Source: Escherichia coli
Lineage (GTDB): Bacteria; Pseudomonadota; Gammaproteobacteria; Enterobacterales; Enterobacteriaceae
Assembly (NCBI RefSeq): GCF_036503815.1
Contig: NZ_AP027764.1
Coordinates: 2,309,298-2,341,297 of the forward strand
Direction of reading: 5' to 3'
Length of the DNA: 32,000 nt
Made by a program: the position numbers and the translations under genes. Positions within the stretch are counted from its first letter, which is position 1; each line of letters begins with the position of its first letter. Shown here piece by piece: positions 1 to 11,338 of this stretch. Under the pieces are notes generated by a model, which saw only the letters and a program-made list of their open reading frames with translations, was not told the DNA's origin and did not search any database.

Positions 1-353
1 GCGCAGAGCTGGCGATTGCGGCGCAACCGTTTATTAAATAGCGGCTGCTGCTCTTTGATTAATCGCGCTTCAAGGAGTAGAGCGCCGATTTCGCCTGCGG
101 TGCAGATCCAGCAAATTCGCCGGGATTGCCGTAGCATGGCGGCTTCATCCGGGGTGCGTAAATGAGAAAGCACCCGACTGCGGATATTAACGCTTTTGCC
201 GATATAGAGCGGCATGGTGTCACTTTCGCCATGAAACAGATACACCCCTGGTCGGGTGGGTAAGTCATTAAGGAATGATCGTAAATGTTCGGGATATTCA
301 TAAATTGCCGCAGCTTCAAATTCGAGCCGCGGAGAAGTTAAACGCCGTACCAC
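1..353 (-). CDS. cho: Excinuclease Cho (UvrC-homologous endonuclease), N-terminal part, truncated by window edge
   Basis: Reverse-strand reading from a GTG at 353 gives VVRRLTSPRLEFEAAAIYEYPEHLRSFLNDLPTRPGVYLFHGESDTMPLYIGKSVNIRSRVLSHLRTPDEAAMLRQS..., a GIY-YIG/UvrC-like N-terminus. The ORF track missed it because of the GTG start and the window edge. Confidence 0.9.
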   Translation of the reverse strand, partial: MVRRLTSPRLEFEAAAIYEYPEHLRSFLNDLPTRPGVYLFHGESDTMPLYIGKSVNIRSRVLSHLRTPDEAAMLRQSRRICWICTAGEIGALLLEARLIKEQQPLFNKRLRRNRQLC

Positions 354-368
354 TGTTGACTCCGAGTG

Positions 369-384
369 CTGGTTATCTATCCAG
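369..384 (-). promoter_or_regulatory. LexA (SOS) box upstream of cho
   Basis: Minus strand reads CTGGATAGATAACCAG, matching CTG-N10-CAG, just upstream of the cho start; cho is a known SOS gene. Confidence 0.85.
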
Positions 385-503
385 TGTAACAGGTGGGGAG
401 CGATTAAAAAAGAGGCGGGTCGATGACAAAGGTTACACCATGAGACGTGCTACGCCTGTCAGGCCTATTCGACTCCTGCAATGTATTGAATTTGCATAGT
501 TTT

Positions 504-543
504 GTAGGTCGAATAAGGCGTTCACGCCGCATCCGGCGTGAAC
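504..543. repeat. REP/BIME-type palindromic element between cho and nadE
   Basis: GTAGGTCGAATAAGGCGTTCACGCCGCATCCGGCGTGAAC matches the REP pattern (GCCGGATGCGGCGTGAACGCCTTAT...CTAC) between two minus-strand genes. Confidence 0.8.
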
Positions 544-582
544 AAAGGGCTCTTTTTCGCACAAGCCAATATGTGCAAATTA

Positions 583-1410
583 TTACTTTTTCCAGAAATC
601 ATCGAAAACGGTAATTGGCGGACGGCGTTTATGTTCAGTTTTCAGATACCAGTTCTCTATTGTTCTGGCGACCTGTTCAGGTACGTTTTTCCCTTCCAGA
701 TAGTCGTCGATATTGTCATAGGTCACGCCGAGTGCCACTTCATCTGGCAGAGAAGGGCGATCATCTTCCAGATCGGCCGTTGGGGCTTTCTTATAAAGAT
801 GTTCCGGACAACCTAATGCCGCCAGTAACTGTTTACCCTGACGTTTGTTGAGGCGATACAGCGGATTAATGTCCGTACCGCCGTCACCATATTTAGTGAA
901 GAATCCGGTAATGGCTTCTGCTGCATGATCGGTGCCCACCACGACACCGCTGGTCATACCCGCAATGCTATATTGTGCTTTCATCCGCTCACGCGCTTTT
1001 TCATTGCCACGGACAAAATCACTTAATTCAATACCCGCTTCGCGCAGCGCCTGTTCGCTGGCCAATACCGCGCCCTTGATATTAACGGTTAATACACGAT
1101 CCGGTTGAATAAAGGCAATGGCATCCTGACAATCTTGTTCGTCGGCCTGAACACCATAGGGCAGGCGTACGGCAATAAATTGCAGCGATTCGTTGCCGGT
1201 TTCCTGGCGCAGCTCATTAATCGCCATCTGGCACAGCTTACCGGCAAGCGTGGAGTCCTGACCGCCGCTGATCCCGAGCACCAGTGATTTAATGAACGGA
1301 TAAGTTTGCAGGTAGCTTTTCAGAAAATCGACACTACGACGAATTTCCTCTTCAGCATTAATCTGCGGTTTTGCGCCCAGCGCCTTTATTATTTGTTGTT
1401 GCAATGTCAT
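583..1410 (-). CDS. nadE: NH3-dependent NAD+ synthetase
   Basis: 275-aa ORF with the PP-loop SGGQDSTL motif; recognisable E. coli NadE. Confidence 0.98.
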
Positions 1411-1611
1411 TGAACCCCTCCAGACAGAAAAGACAAAACTTCCTTAAAGCTAACCCGTTGCTACTGAAACGACAAGCGACAGCGGGCTGAATGGTGGTTA
1501 AAACGTCATACAGGAATCCTCTGAAAGCGGAGCCGTTTCGTTCACGGGCTTGAAAAAGCGCCCAATGTATTCCAGGCTTATCTAACACGCTGATAAACAA
1601 GAGGACGGAAT

Positions 1612-1950
1612 ATGAACAAGAATATGGCAGGAATTCTGAGTGCAGCGGCGGTATTAACCATGCTGGCGGGTTGTACGGCTTATGATCGTACCAAAGACCA
1701 GTTTGTACAGCCTGTGGTGAAAGACGTCAAAAAAGGCATGAGCCGGGCGCAGGTTGCACAAATTGCGGGTAAACCTTCGTCTGAAGTGAGCATGATTCAT
1801 GCTCGTGGTACTTGCCAGACCTACATCCTGGGTCAACGTGATGGTAAAGCAGAAACCTACTTTGTCGCGTTAGATGATACCGGACATGTCATCAACTCCG
1901 GTTATCAGACCTGTGCTGAATACGACACTGATCCACAGGCTGCGAAGTAA
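1612..1950 (+). CDS. osmE: Osmotically inducible lipoprotein OsmE
   Basis: 112-aa ORF with lipobox LAGC and OmlA/SmpA-like sequence; recognised OsmE. Confidence 0.97.
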
Positions 1951-1982
1951 TCACTTCGTCTGAAAGCTTGAGTAACAACGGA

Positions 1983-2008
1983 AACCGGCCATTGCGCCGG
2001 TTTTTTTT
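1983..2008 (+). terminator. Intrinsic terminator of osmE
   Basis: AACCGGC-CATTGC-GCCGGTT followed by a T tract. Confidence 0.85.
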
Positions 2009-2021
2009 GGCCTGTGTTCTT

Positions 2022-2042
2022 AATTATCTTCGCGAATTATTT
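2022..2042. promoter_or_regulatory. Possible NagC-type operator upstream of chbB
   Basis: AATTATCTTCGCGAATTATTT resembles the NagC consensus (TTATTT...CG...AAATAA). The chb operon is known to be controlled by NagC, ChbR and CRP. Weak motif match. Confidence 0.4.
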
Positions 2043-2248
2043 GCCCGAAATGTGAAGAGGGTCATAACCACAGGTCAAGGAGAGACAATTTATAAGGTCA
2101 AAGAAATACTATTGCTCAGGTCTATACCGTATACTCCTTTCAGCCACAAAAAAAGTCATGTTGGTTTCGCAAGTTACCCAGAGCATGGAAGCAGGTTAAG
2201 GCTTGCGGAGTGTCTGGCTGACAGATAATCGTCGATGAGGGCAGTTTT

Positions 2249-2569
2249 ATGGAAAAGAAACACATTTATCTGTTTTGTTCTGCGGGCATGTCTACCTCTT
2301 TACTGGTATCAAAAATGCGCGCACAGGCAGAAAAATATGAAGTTCCGGTCATTATTGAAGCATTTCCGGAAACACTGGCTGGTGAAAAAGGTCAGAATGC
2401 CGATGTCGTGTTATTAGGGCCGCAGATTGCTTATATGTTGCCCGAAATCCAGCGTTTGTTACCCAACAAACCGGTTGAAGTAATTGACTCGCTGCTTTAT
2501 GGCAAAGTCGATGGTTTAGGCGTGCTTAAGGCTGCGGTTGCAGCGATTAAAAAAGCCGCAGCAAATTAA
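2249..2569 (+). CDS. chbB: PTS N,N'-diacetylchitobiose-specific EIIB component
   Basis: 106-aa ORF with the EIIB-lactose/cellobiose phospho-Cys site [13 protein letters not shown]. Confidence 0.97.
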   Translation: MEKKHIYLFCSAGMSTSLLVSKMRAQAEKYEVPVIIEAFPETLAGEKGQNADVVLLGPQIAYMLPEIQRLLPNKPVEVIDSLLYGKVDGLGVLKAAVAAIKKAAAN

Positions 2570-2584
2570 TTTATTTTAAATTTT

Positions 2585-2596
2585 CCCGTCAAAGAG
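2585..2596 (+). promoter_or_regulatory. ChiX (SroB/MicM) sRNA base-pairing site in the chbB-chbC intercistronic region
   Basis: CCCGTCAAAGAG is exactly complementary to the recalled ChiX seed CUCUUUGACGGG. ChiX targeting of the chbBC spacer is established. Confidence 0.8.
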
Positions 2597-2653
2597 TTAT
2601 TTCATAAATCAATACCGCAATATTTAAATTGCGGTTTTTAAGGGTATTTTTCT

Positions 2654-4012
2654 ATGAGTAATGTTATTGCATCGCTTGAAAAGGTACTCCTCCCTTTTGC
2701 AGTTAAAATAGGAAAGCAGCCACACGTTAATGCAATCAAAAATGGCTTTATTCGCTTAATGCCGTTAACCCTTGCGGGGGCCATGTTTGTATTAATTAAC
2801 AACGTTTTTCTAAGCTTTGGGGAGGGGTCGTTTTTTTATTCCTTAGGTATTCGCCTGGATGCCTCAACCATTGAAACACTTAATGGTCTGAAAGGTATTG
2901 GCGGCAACGTATATAACGGAACATTAGGGATAATGTCTTTAATGGCACCGTTCTTTATTGGCATGGCGCTGGCAGAAGAGCGTAAAGTCGATGCGCTGGC
3001 GGCTGGGTTGTTATCCGTTGCAGCATTTATGACCGTCACCCCATATAGTGTCGGTGAGGCCTATGCGGTTGGCGCAAACTGGTTAGGTGGGGCGAATATC
3101 ATCTCCGGGATTATTATTGGCCTGGTGGTGGCAGAAATGTTTACCTTTATTGTCCGCCGCAATTGGGTCATTAAATTGCCCGACAGCGTACCTGCTTCAG
3201 TATCGCGTTCCTTCTCGGCATTAATTCCCGGCTTTATTATTCTTTCCGTGATGGGGATTATTGCCTGGGCGTTGAATACCTGGGGCACCAACTTCCATCA
3301 GATCATTATGGATACCATCTCAACCCCACTGGCATCGTTGGGTAGCGTGGTGGGCTGGGCCTATGTGATCTTTGTTCCACTGCTCTGGTTCTTCGGTATT
3401 CATGGTGCGCTGGCGCTGACCGCACTGGACAACGGCATTATGACGCCGTGGGCGCTGGAAAATATCGCGACCTATCAGCAATATGGTTCCGTCGAAGCGG
3501 CGCTGGCAGCCGGTAAGACCTTCCATATCTGGGCCAAGCCGATGCTGGACTCCTTTATTTTCCTTGGGGGCAGTGGTGCGACTTTAGGCCTGATCCTGGC
3601 TATCTTTATCGCCTCTCGCCGTGCTGATTATCGTCAGGTGGCAAAACTGGCGCTGCCGTCCGGCATCTTCCAGATTAACGAACCGATTCTGTTTGGTTTG
3701 CCAATTATCATGAACCCGGTGATGTTTATCCCGTTTGTACTGGTGCAACCGATTCTGGCGGCAATCACTCTGGCAGCGTACTACATGGGCATTATTCCTC
3801 CGGTGACCAATATTGCACCGTGGACCATGCCAACCGGTCTGGGGGCCTTCTTTAACACCAACGGTAGCGTCGCCGCATTGCTGGTCGCACTCTTCAACCT
3901 TGGTATCGCAACGTTAATTTATCTGCCCTTTGTTGTGGTCGCTAACAAAGCACAAAACACGATTGATAAAGAAGAGAGCGAAGAAGATATCGCTAATGCC
4001 CTGAAATTTTAA
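2654..4012 (+). CDS. chbC: PTS N,N'-diacetylchitobiose-specific EIIC permease
   Basis: 452-aa polytopic membrane ORF directly downstream of chbB; recognised ChbC. Confidence 0.97.
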   Translation: MSNVIASLEKVLLPFAVKIGKQPHVNAIKNGFIRLMPLTLAGAMFVLINNVFLSFGEGSFFYSLGIRLDASTIETLNGLKGIGGNVYNGTLGIMSLMAPFFIGMALAEERKVDALAAGLLSVAAFMTVTPYSVGEAYAVGANWLGGANIISGIIIGLVVAEMFTFIVRRNWVIKLPDSVPASVSRSFSALIPGFIILSVMGIIAWALNTWGTNFHQIIMDTISTPLASLGSVVGWAYVIFVPLLWFFGIHGALALTALDNGIMTPWALENIATYQQYGSVEAALAAGKTFHIWAKPMLDSFIFLGGSGATLGLILAIFIASRRADYRQVAKLALPSGIFQINEPILFGLPIIMNPVMFIPFVLVQPILAAITLAAYYMGIIPPVTNIAPWTMPTGLGAFFNTNGSVAALLVALFNLGIATLIYLPFVVVANKAQNTIDKEESEEDIANALKF

Positions 4013-4062
4013 TCGATGCCGGTAGGAGTAATCGTGCCGGCAAGAAAAGAGAGGAACGATGT

Positions 4063-4413
4063 ATGATGGATCTCGATAACATTCCCGATACGCAAACAGA
4101 AGCTGAAGAGCTGGAAGAAGTGGTGATGGGACTTATCATCAACTCCGGACAAGCGCGCAGCCTGGCGTATGCCGCACTGAAACAGGCGAAGCAGGGCGAT
4201 TTTGCCGCAGCAAAAGCCATGATGGATCAGTCACGGATGGCATTGAATGAAGCGCATCTGGTACAGACGAAACTGATTGAAGGCGATGCGGGCGAAGGTA
4301 AGATGAAAGTGAGTCTGGTGCTGGTCCACGCTCAGGATCATTTAATGACGTCCATGCTTGCGCGTGAACTGATTACTGAATTAATTGAGCTTCATGAAAA
4401 ACTGAAGGCATAA
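4063..4413 (+). CDS. chbA: PTS N,N'-diacetylchitobiose-specific EIIA component
   Basis: 116-aa EIIA lactose/cellobiose-family ORF in the operon. Confidence 0.97.
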   Translation: MMDLDNIPDTQTEAEELEEVVMGLIINSGQARSLAYAALKQAKQGDFAAAKAMMDQSRMALNEAHLVQTKLIEGDAGEGKMKVSLVLVHAQDHLMTSMLARELITELIELHEKLKA

Positions 4414-4417
4414 GGAG

Positions 4418-5263
4418 TTGATGATGCAGCCAGTGATTAACGCGCCGGAAATTGCCACTGCCCGAGAACAGCAGTTGTTTAATGGCAAAAACTTCCATGT
4501 GTTTATCTACAACAAAACTGAGAGTATCAGCGGACTGCATCAGCACGACTATTATGAATTTACTCTGGTATTAACCGGGCGTTACTTCCAGGAGATTAAT
4601 GGTAAGCGCGTGTTACTGGAACGGGGCGATTTTGTTTTTATTCCGTTAGGTTCGCACCATCAAAGTTTTTATGAGTTTGGTGCCACGCGCATATTGAACG
4701 TTGGGATCAGTAAACGCTTTTTTGAGCAGCATTACCTGCCGTTGTTGCCTTATTGCTTTGTCGCTTCGCAGGTATACCGGACCAATAACGCTTTTCTCAC
4801 CTATGTGGAAACAGTGATTTCTTCATTGAATTTCCGCGAAACAGGGCTGGAAGAGTTTGTTGAGATGGTGACTTTTTATGTCATTAACCGTTTGCGTCAT
4901 TACCGCGAAGAACAGGTGATTGATGATGTACCGCAGTGGCTGAAAAGTACGGTAGAAAAGATGCATGATAAAGAGCAGTTTAGTGAATCGGCGCTGGAGA
5001 ATATGGTGACGTTGTCAGCCAAATCACAGGAATATTTGACGCGAGCGACTCAACGATATTATGGCAAAACACCAATGCAGATTATTAATGAGATCCGTAT
5101 TAATTTTGCCAAAAAACAACTGGAAATGACCAACTATTCCGTGACGGATATTGCGTTTGAGGCCGGTTATAGTAGCCCGAGCTTGTTTATTAAAACGTTT
5201 AAGAAATTAACGTCCTTTACGCCTAAGAGCTATCGTAAGAAATTGACTGAATTTAATCAGTAA
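4418..5263 (+). CDS. chbR: AraC-family dual regulator of the chb operon (start may be 4421)
   Basis: 281-aa ORF with cupin N-terminus and C-terminal AraC HTH ([33 protein letters not shown]). Confidence 0.96.
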   Translation: MMMQPVINAPEIATAREQQLFNGKNFHVFIYNKTESISGLHQHDYYEFTLVLTGRYFQEINGKRVLLERGDFVFIPLGSHHQSFYEFGATRILNVGISKRFFEQHYLPLLPYCFVASQVYRTNNAFLTYVETVISSLNFRETGLEEFVEMVTFYVINRLRHYREEQVIDDVPQWLKSTVEKMHDKEQFSESALENMVTLSAKSQEYLTRATQRYYGKTPMQIINEIRINFAKKQLEMTNYSVTDIAFEAGYSSPSLFIKTFKKLTSFTPKSYRKKLTEFNQ

Positions 5264-5365
5264 GTCGTTATACCTGACAATTAACATATCTGTCCTGTTG
5301 CTGGATTATTTATGTCCGGGGGCAGATATGCCAGATATCAGTATTCTGTACTGAAGGGAGAAATT

Positions 5366-6718
5366 ATGAGCCAGAAATTAAAAGTCGTCACTATTGGTGG
5401 CGGGAGCAGCTATACCCCGGAATTACTGGAAGGATTTATTAAGCGTTATCACGAATTGCCGGTCAGCGAATTATGGCTGGTGGATGTCGAAGATGGTAAA
5501 GAGAAACTGGATATTATTTTTGATCTCTGCCAACGGATGATTGATAACGCTGGCGTCCCGATGAAGCTTTATAAAACGCTGGATCGCCGCGAAGCATTGA
5601 AAGATGCTGATTTCGTTACTACCCAACTGCGCGTAGGCCAATTACCGGCGCGCGAACTGGATGAACGTATTCCATTAAGTCATGGTTATCTTGGTCAGGA
5701 AACTAACGGCGCGGGCGGTTTGTTTAAAGGTCTGCGTACCATTCCGGTGATTTTTGACATCGTAAAAGATGTCGAAGAACTTTGTCCGAATGCATGGGTG
5801 ATTAACTTCACTAACCCGGCGGGAATGGTCACTGAAGCCGTTTATCGTCATACCGGATTTAAACGCTTTATCGGCGTGTGTAATATTCCGATCGGCATGA
5901 AGATGTTTATTCGCGATGTTCTGATGCTGAAAGACAGCGATGATTTATCTATCGATTTGTTCGGCCTCAACCATATGGTGTTCATTAAGGATGTGCTGGT
6001 AAATGGCAAATCACGCTTTGCCGAATTGCTTGATGGTGTGGCATCCGGGCAGTTAAAAGCATCTGGCGTTAAAAATATTTTCGATCTGCCATTTAGCGAA
6101 GGCTTAATTCGTTCTCTGAATCTGTTGCCGTGTTCTTATTTGCTTTATTACTTCAAGCAAAAAGAGATGCTGGCTATTGAAATGGGCGAATACTACAAAG
6201 GCGGCGCACGTGCGCAGGTAGTACAGAAAGTCGAGAAACAACTTTTTGAGCTATATAAAAACCCGGAGTTGAAAGTTAAGCCGAAAGAACTGGAACAGCG
6301 CGGTGGGGCTTATTACTCTGATGCAGCGTGCGAAGTGATCAACGCTATCTACAACGATAAGCAAGCAGAACATTACGTTAATATCCCGCATCATGGGCAT
6401 ATTGATAATATTCCGGCAGACTGGGCGGTAGAAATGACCTGTACGCTGGGGCGCGATGGCGCGACGCCACATCCGCGCATTACGCATTTCGATGATAAAG
6501 TGATGGGGCTGATTCACACCATCAAAGGCTTCGAGATTGCTGCCAGCAACGCCGCACTTAGCGGGGAATTTAACGATGTGTTACTGGCGCTAAACCTTAG
6601 TCCGTTGGTGCATTCCGATCGCGATGCTGAGCTGCTGGCACGCGAGATGATTCTGGCGCACGAGAAATGGCTGCCAAATTTTGCCGACTGCATCGCAGAG
6701 CTTAAAAAAGCACATTAA
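5366..6718 (+). CDS. chbF: Monoacetylchitobiose-6-phosphate hydrolase (GH4)
   Basis: GH4 N-terminus MSQKLKVVTIGGGSSYTPELLEGF. The ATG at 5366 has GGGAGAAA upstream and gives 450 aa; the ORF-track start at 5312 adds 18 unlikely residues. Confidence 0.95.
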   Translation: MSQKLKVVTIGGGSSYTPELLEGFIKRYHELPVSELWLVDVEDGKEKLDIIFDLCQRMIDNAGVPMKLYKTLDRREALKDADFVTTQLRVGQLPARELDERIPLSHGYLGQETNGAGGLFKGLRTIPVIFDIVKDVEELCPNAWVINFTNPAGMVTEAVYRHTGFKRFIGVCNIPIGMKMFIRDVLMLKDSDDLSIDLFGLNHMVFIKDVLVNGKSRFAELLDGVASGQLKASGVKNIFDLPFSEGLIRSLNLLPCSYLLYYFKQKEMLAIEMGEYYKGGARAQVVQKVEKQLFELYKNPELKVKPKELEQRGGAYYSDAACEVINAIYNDKQAEHYVNIPHHGHIDNIPADWAVEMTCTLGRDGATPHPRITHFDDKVMGLIHTIKGFEIAASNAALSGEFNDVLLALNLSPLVHSDRDAELLAREMILAHEKWLPNFADCIAELKKAH

Positions 6719-7489
<771 letters not shown>

Positions 7490-7498
7490 GTAAGGTGG

Positions 7499-7528
7499 TA
7501 AGGTCACTCCCCAGGGGGCGTGACCTTA
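7499..7528. terminator. Hairpin between convergent chbG and katE, possibly bidirectional terminator
   Basis: TAAGGTCAC...GTGACCTTA inverted repeat with GC-rich core between the two stop codons. Confidence 0.65.
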
Positions 7529-7535
7529 TCCATAT

Positions 7536-9797
7536 TTACGCCGGGATTTTGTCAATCTTAGGAATGCGTGACCACACGCGGTGTGCTGCCATCAGCGTTA
7601 ACAGTTCATCCATAAAACTACCATCGGCGCTGTCAGCTTCCACAATCCCTTCTTCACCCTGGTCAGCGACCTTGATTGTTGCTTTAAACTTGCGCGCGTC
7701 TCCCGCCAGCGCAATCGGTTTAAGGTGTTTGTAGGCTTCCATCAGGTAGTAGTTGGCATCGCCGTTGTCAGCGATATCCGCGATATTGCCGCAAGGGACA
7801 ATAACCGCATCGACCGTCAGCGAAGGCGCTCCGGCAAATGTAGCGGCTATAGGCAGCACCGTACCGTCATCCGCAGTCACTTCACCCATTCGGGAGTAGA
7901 GCAGTTTGGCATGAACGCCTTTGGCCTTCAGCGCCTTGAGAATGGCCAGAAGGTCTGCCGATCTCACTTCATCATTAAGCAAAATCGCTACCACGCGACC
8001 TTTTACATCACCGTCAGGAATGGCGTACAGACTTAAGGATGGATCCTTTTTCAGACCGTTGACGTCCGGAGGCGGGGTGATATTCAGCTGGTCGTCAGTC
8101 AGTTCGATACCGAGATTTTTCGCCACCGCCTGGGCCAGAGTGAGATCAATATGCGCCAGCTGGTCAACAACGCGCTCACGAATATACGGACGAACTACTT
8201 TGCTTAACTCAAAACTGAAACCATCGACAATATGGCGCTGCTCGAATGGCGTCTGACTTAGCCAGAACAGACGCGGATGGGAATAATATTCGCCAAACGA
8301 TGGGCTGCGCTCGCGAACTTTATTGCCTTCCACGCGCTCCTGGTATGATTCAAAACCGCCGCGTTTCGGCCCCGGCGGTGTTTCGCGCGGCCAGTTATCG
8401 TTGATCGAGTTCGGTTCGTAATTCGCCGGGTTAGTGTCGATCCCCATACGATGCATGCCGTCACGCTGGAAATTATGGTAAGGGCAGGTCGGGCGGTTAA
8501 TCGGAATCTCATGGAAATTGGGTCCGCCAAGACGACTGATTTGTGTATCGGTATAAGAGAACAAACGCCCCTGCAACAGCGGATCGTTGGTGAAATCCAG
8601 ACCGGGGACAATATGCCCAGGATGGAAAGCCGCCTGTTCGTTTTCGGCAAAGAAGTTATCCGGGTTGCGATTGAGCACCATTTTGCCAACCCGCTGAACG
8701 GGTACCAGTTCTTCCGGGATGAGTTTGGTTGGATCGAGAAGATCGAAGTCAAACTTGAATTCATCTTCTTCAGGAATCAACTGGAAGCCCAGTTCGTATT
8801 CCGGAAAATCGCCTGCTTCGATGGCTTCCCACAACTCGCGGCGGTGGAAGTCCGGGTCACGTCCGGTTAGTTTTTGTGCTTCATCCCAAACGAGTGAGGC
8901 TTTACCTGCCAGTGGTTTCCAGTGGAAACGTACGAACGTTGCCTTCCCTTCAGCATTAATCAGGCGGAAGGTGTGAATACCGAAGCCTTCCATGGTGCGG
9001 TAACTGCGCGGGATCCCGCGATCCGACATCGCCCACATCACGTTGTGCAGAGTTTCAGGTTGCAGAGAAACATAATCCCAGAAAGTATCGTGGGCGCTTT
9101 GCCCTTGTGGGATTGCCCAGTGCGGTTCTGGTTTTACCGCATGAACAAAATCGGGGAATTTATGCGCATCCTGGATAAAGAAGATTGGCGTGTTATTGCC
9201 AACAAGGTCAAAAATACCCTCTTCGGTATAGAATTTGGTGGCAAAGCCACGGATATCACGCACCGTATCCGCCGAGCCAGCACCACCCTGAACGGTAGAG
9301 AAACGTACAAATACTGGGGTGATTTTGTTGGGGTCTGACAGAAAATCCGCTTTGGTGATATCGCTTAAGCTTTTATATGGCTGGAAATAACCGTGAGCGG
9401 CTGAGCCGCGCGCATGAACAATTCGTTCCGGGATGCGCTCATGGTCAAAGTGAGTGATTTTCTCGCGCAGAATAAAATCTTCCAGCAGTGTTGGGCCACG
9501 GCTACCGGCGCGTAGGGAGTTTTGATCATCGGCGATGCGTACACCCTGGTTGGTGGTAAGTGCATAATTTTCACTGCCTTTACGCACGTCCTCCAGGGAG
9601 TTCAGCTTTTCATTACGTGTATCAGGGGCTTTCAGACTCCCTGGCGCGGTTGGCTGCGCTCCCGGTGGCGTCGGTTCAGCCGCTGGACGATGGGAACCGT
9701 CCTCAGGTGCCAGTGAGTCCATCCCCGGTTTCGCTTCGCTGGAATCGTGTAGTGGTGACTGGTGCTGATGTGGGTTCTTTTCGTTATGTTGCGACAT
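7536..9797 (-). CDS. katE: Monofunctional heme catalase HPII
   Basis: 753-aa ORF with catalase core and large-subunit C-terminal domain; recognised KatE. Confidence 0.98.
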   Translation of the reverse strand: MSQHNEKNPHQHQSPLHDSSEAKPGMDSLAPEDGSHRPAAEPTPPGAQPTAPGSLKAPDTRNEKLNSLEDVRKGSENYALTTNQGVRIADDQNSLRAGSRGPTLLEDFILREKITHFDHERIPERIVHARGSAAHGYFQPYKSLSDITKADFLSDPNKITPVFVRFSTVQGGAGSADTVRDIRGFATKFYTEEGIFDLVGNNTPIFFIQDAHKFPDFVHAVKPEPHWAIPQGQSAHDTFWDYVSLQPETLHNVMWAMSDRGIPRSYRTMEGFGIHTFRLINAEGKATFVRFHWKPLAGKASLVWDEAQKLTGRDPDFHRRELWEAIEAGDFPEYELGFQLIPEEDEFKFDFDLLDPTKLIPEELVPVQRVGKMVLNRNPDNFFAENEQAAFHPGHIVPGLDFTNDPLLQGRLFSYTDTQISRLGGPNFHEIPINRPTCPYHNFQRDGMHRMGIDTNPANYEPNSINDNWPRETPPGPKRGGFESYQERVEGNKVRERSPSFGEYYSHPRLFWLSQTPFEQRHIVDGFSFELSKVVRPYIRERVVDQLAHIDLTLAQAVAKNLGIELTDDQLNITPPPDVNGLKKDPSLSLYAIPDGDVKGRVVAILLNDEVRSADLLAILKALKAKGVHAKLLYSRMGEVTADDGTVLPIAATFAGAPSLTVDAVIVPCGNIADIADNGDANYYLMEAYKHLKPIALAGDARKFKATIKVADQGEEGIVEADSADGSFMDELLTLMAAHRVWSRIPKIDKIPA

Positions 9798-9979
9798 TGA
9801 ACTCGTCTCCTTAATGTATTACTGAAAGGGCCGCTGTTTTGGTCAAAAAACTCTCTAACTATAGACCACCAGCCAGATCCCGCTTCGGAGACTATTCTGG
9901 AAACGGTGTTATGAAATACACGCAAAGCGGGACGTACAGGGGCTAAATCGGCTAAACTACAGTTTTTCTGATTTTTAAT

Positions 9980-10243
9980 ATGCGTTTAGTGAAGCCAGTA
10001 ATGAAGAAACCGCTCCGTCAGCAAAACCGCCAGATTATTAGCTATGTCCCACGCACGGAACCCGCGCCGCCAGAACATGCGATAAAGATGGATTCGTTTC
10101 GTGATGTCTGGATGCTGCGTGGCAAATATGTTGCGTTTGTACTGATGGGAGAGTCATTTCTGCGCTCACCGGTGTTTACTGTGCCTGAATCCGCCCAGCG
10201 TTGGGCAAATCAGATCCGCCAGGAAGGGGAAGTGACTGAGTAA
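9980..10243 (+). CDS. cedA: Cell division modulator CedA (start could be the internal Met at about 10001)
   Basis: MKKPLRQQNRQIISYVPRTEPAPPEHAIKMDSFRDVWMLRGKYVAFVLMGESFLRSP...; recognised CedA. Confidence 0.92.
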   Translation: MRLVKPVMKKPLRQQNRQIISYVPRTEPAPPEHAIKMDSFRDVWMLRGKYVAFVLMGESFLRSPVFTVPESAQRWANQIRQEGEVTE

Positions 10244-10253
10244 GGATTACGTA

Positions 10254-10272
10254 CCTCCCGGTTTTGCCGGGA
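10254..10272 (+). terminator. Strong GC hairpin downstream of cedA
   Basis: CTCCCGG-TTTTG-CCGGGAG, 7-bp perfect stem about 12 nt after the cedA stop; poor U tract. Confidence 0.5.
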
Positions 10273-10531
10273 GTTACATGGCCTGAAATTTTGTATTTCA
10301 TTGCTACATTCATTCAAACCACCTGTAACAAAAAGCTGCCTTTGACGATCTATTGCTATAAATAAGTGATCTTTTTTCTTTAATTGTTTATTTATTTTAA
10401 AATGGTTAAGTTTTGCTAATCATGATGAGCTATTTTTGATAGTTCATCCTGTGGCGTCGCTCTTAAACTTATATTGTAAATGACTTAGATTTAAATGAGA
10501 TAATAATTTTGTTAACAATATGAGGCGGGAG

Positions 10532-11335
10532 ATGTTTTCTACAAACTTAATACAGAGTAATTATGGTGATTTAAATATTAAAAGCCTGGCTTTCGACTCT
10601 TTTAAAGAAAGGCTGCAGTCTACTATGACAGCACTCACTTTCTTTATATCAACGGGGCAATGTGACTGCGATGAAATAGCAGAATCAAACTTTAATTATA
10701 TGATTGCCTATATGTCTAACATTAACTATGATGCCTCAAAGCCAGGAGCGCCAGCACTTAGTTTTGATACATATCTGCAGGACAATGTTAAATATAGAGT
10801 AATAATTAATAATCTTTATGGTAGTGAAATTCGGATAAGAGGTATAAATAAAGATTTTATTGGAATGGATGTCGCTTCTGTATTTCGCCCAGAAAAGATG
10901 ACCAATTTGATCAATATAAAAAACAGGTTGGTTATTCACTATTTAAGGACTATATACTATGAACAAAATTATATACATCCTGCCGAGAGTATTTTTTCTG
11001 CAATTCAAAAAAATGAGAGTCTCCTAAAGTTTCCTTCGGTAATATCAATGCTTAATGTCAATCTTCTTTTTAATCCACTGAATCTTCCGGGAATGGGAAG
11101 TGGTGTGCTTGAAGAGATTATGAGTATTTCAGATAGTTCACTTAGAAAACGTCTTGGGTATGAGGTTTTAAGCTTCTCGCTACAAGCACATTCATTGAGT
11201 CAGGAATGTATTGATAAGTTAGCCATTTTTTTCGCTGACGATCTGTTTAAATATGAGTCAGTATGCATCGCCGCGATGGAACATTTAAAAAGTAAGGCAA
11301 CGGCCCCTATACAAAACGGACCGTTGCCAGCATAA
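10532..11335 (+). CDS. ydjO: Uncharacterised YdjO family protein, AT-rich accessory gene
   Basis: MFSTNLIQSNYGDLNIKSLAFDSFKERLQSTMTALTF...; ORF-track start is 10520, but the ATG at 10532 follows GAGGCGGGAG and gives 267 aa. Confidence 0.9.
   Translation: MFSTNLIQSNYGDLNIKSLAFDSFKERLQSTMTALTFFISTGQCDCDEIAESNFNYMIAYMSNINYDASKPGAPALSFDTYLQDNVKYRVIINNLYGSEIRIRGINKDFIGMDVASVFRPEKMTNLINIKNRLVIHYLRTIYYEQNYIHPAESIFSAIQKNESLLKFPSVISMLNVNLLFNPLNLPGMGSGVLEEIMSISDSSLRKRLGYEVLSFSLQAHSLSQECIDKLAIFFADDLFKYESVCIAAMEHLKSKATAPIQNGPLPA
11296..11328 (-). terminator. Probable tcyP terminator located inside the 3' end of ydjO
   Basis: Minus strand: GGCAACGG-(17 nt)-CCGTTGCC followed by TTACTTTTT, immediately downstream of the tcyP stop. 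Confidence 0.55.
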
Positions 11336-11338
11336 GAA

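Noticed and set aside
504-543. Possible CRISPR-like or mobile repeat near cho
   Set aside because: Matches a single REP/BIME element; there is no spacer-repeat periodicity.
1968-2228. 86-aa plus-strand ORF between osmE and chbB
   Set aside because: Starts at the osmE terminator and runs through the expected chb promoter/regulatory region; sequence looks non-coding.
10736-10939. 67-aa antisense ORF in ydjO
   Set aside because: Short antisense frame in AT-rich DNA, no support.
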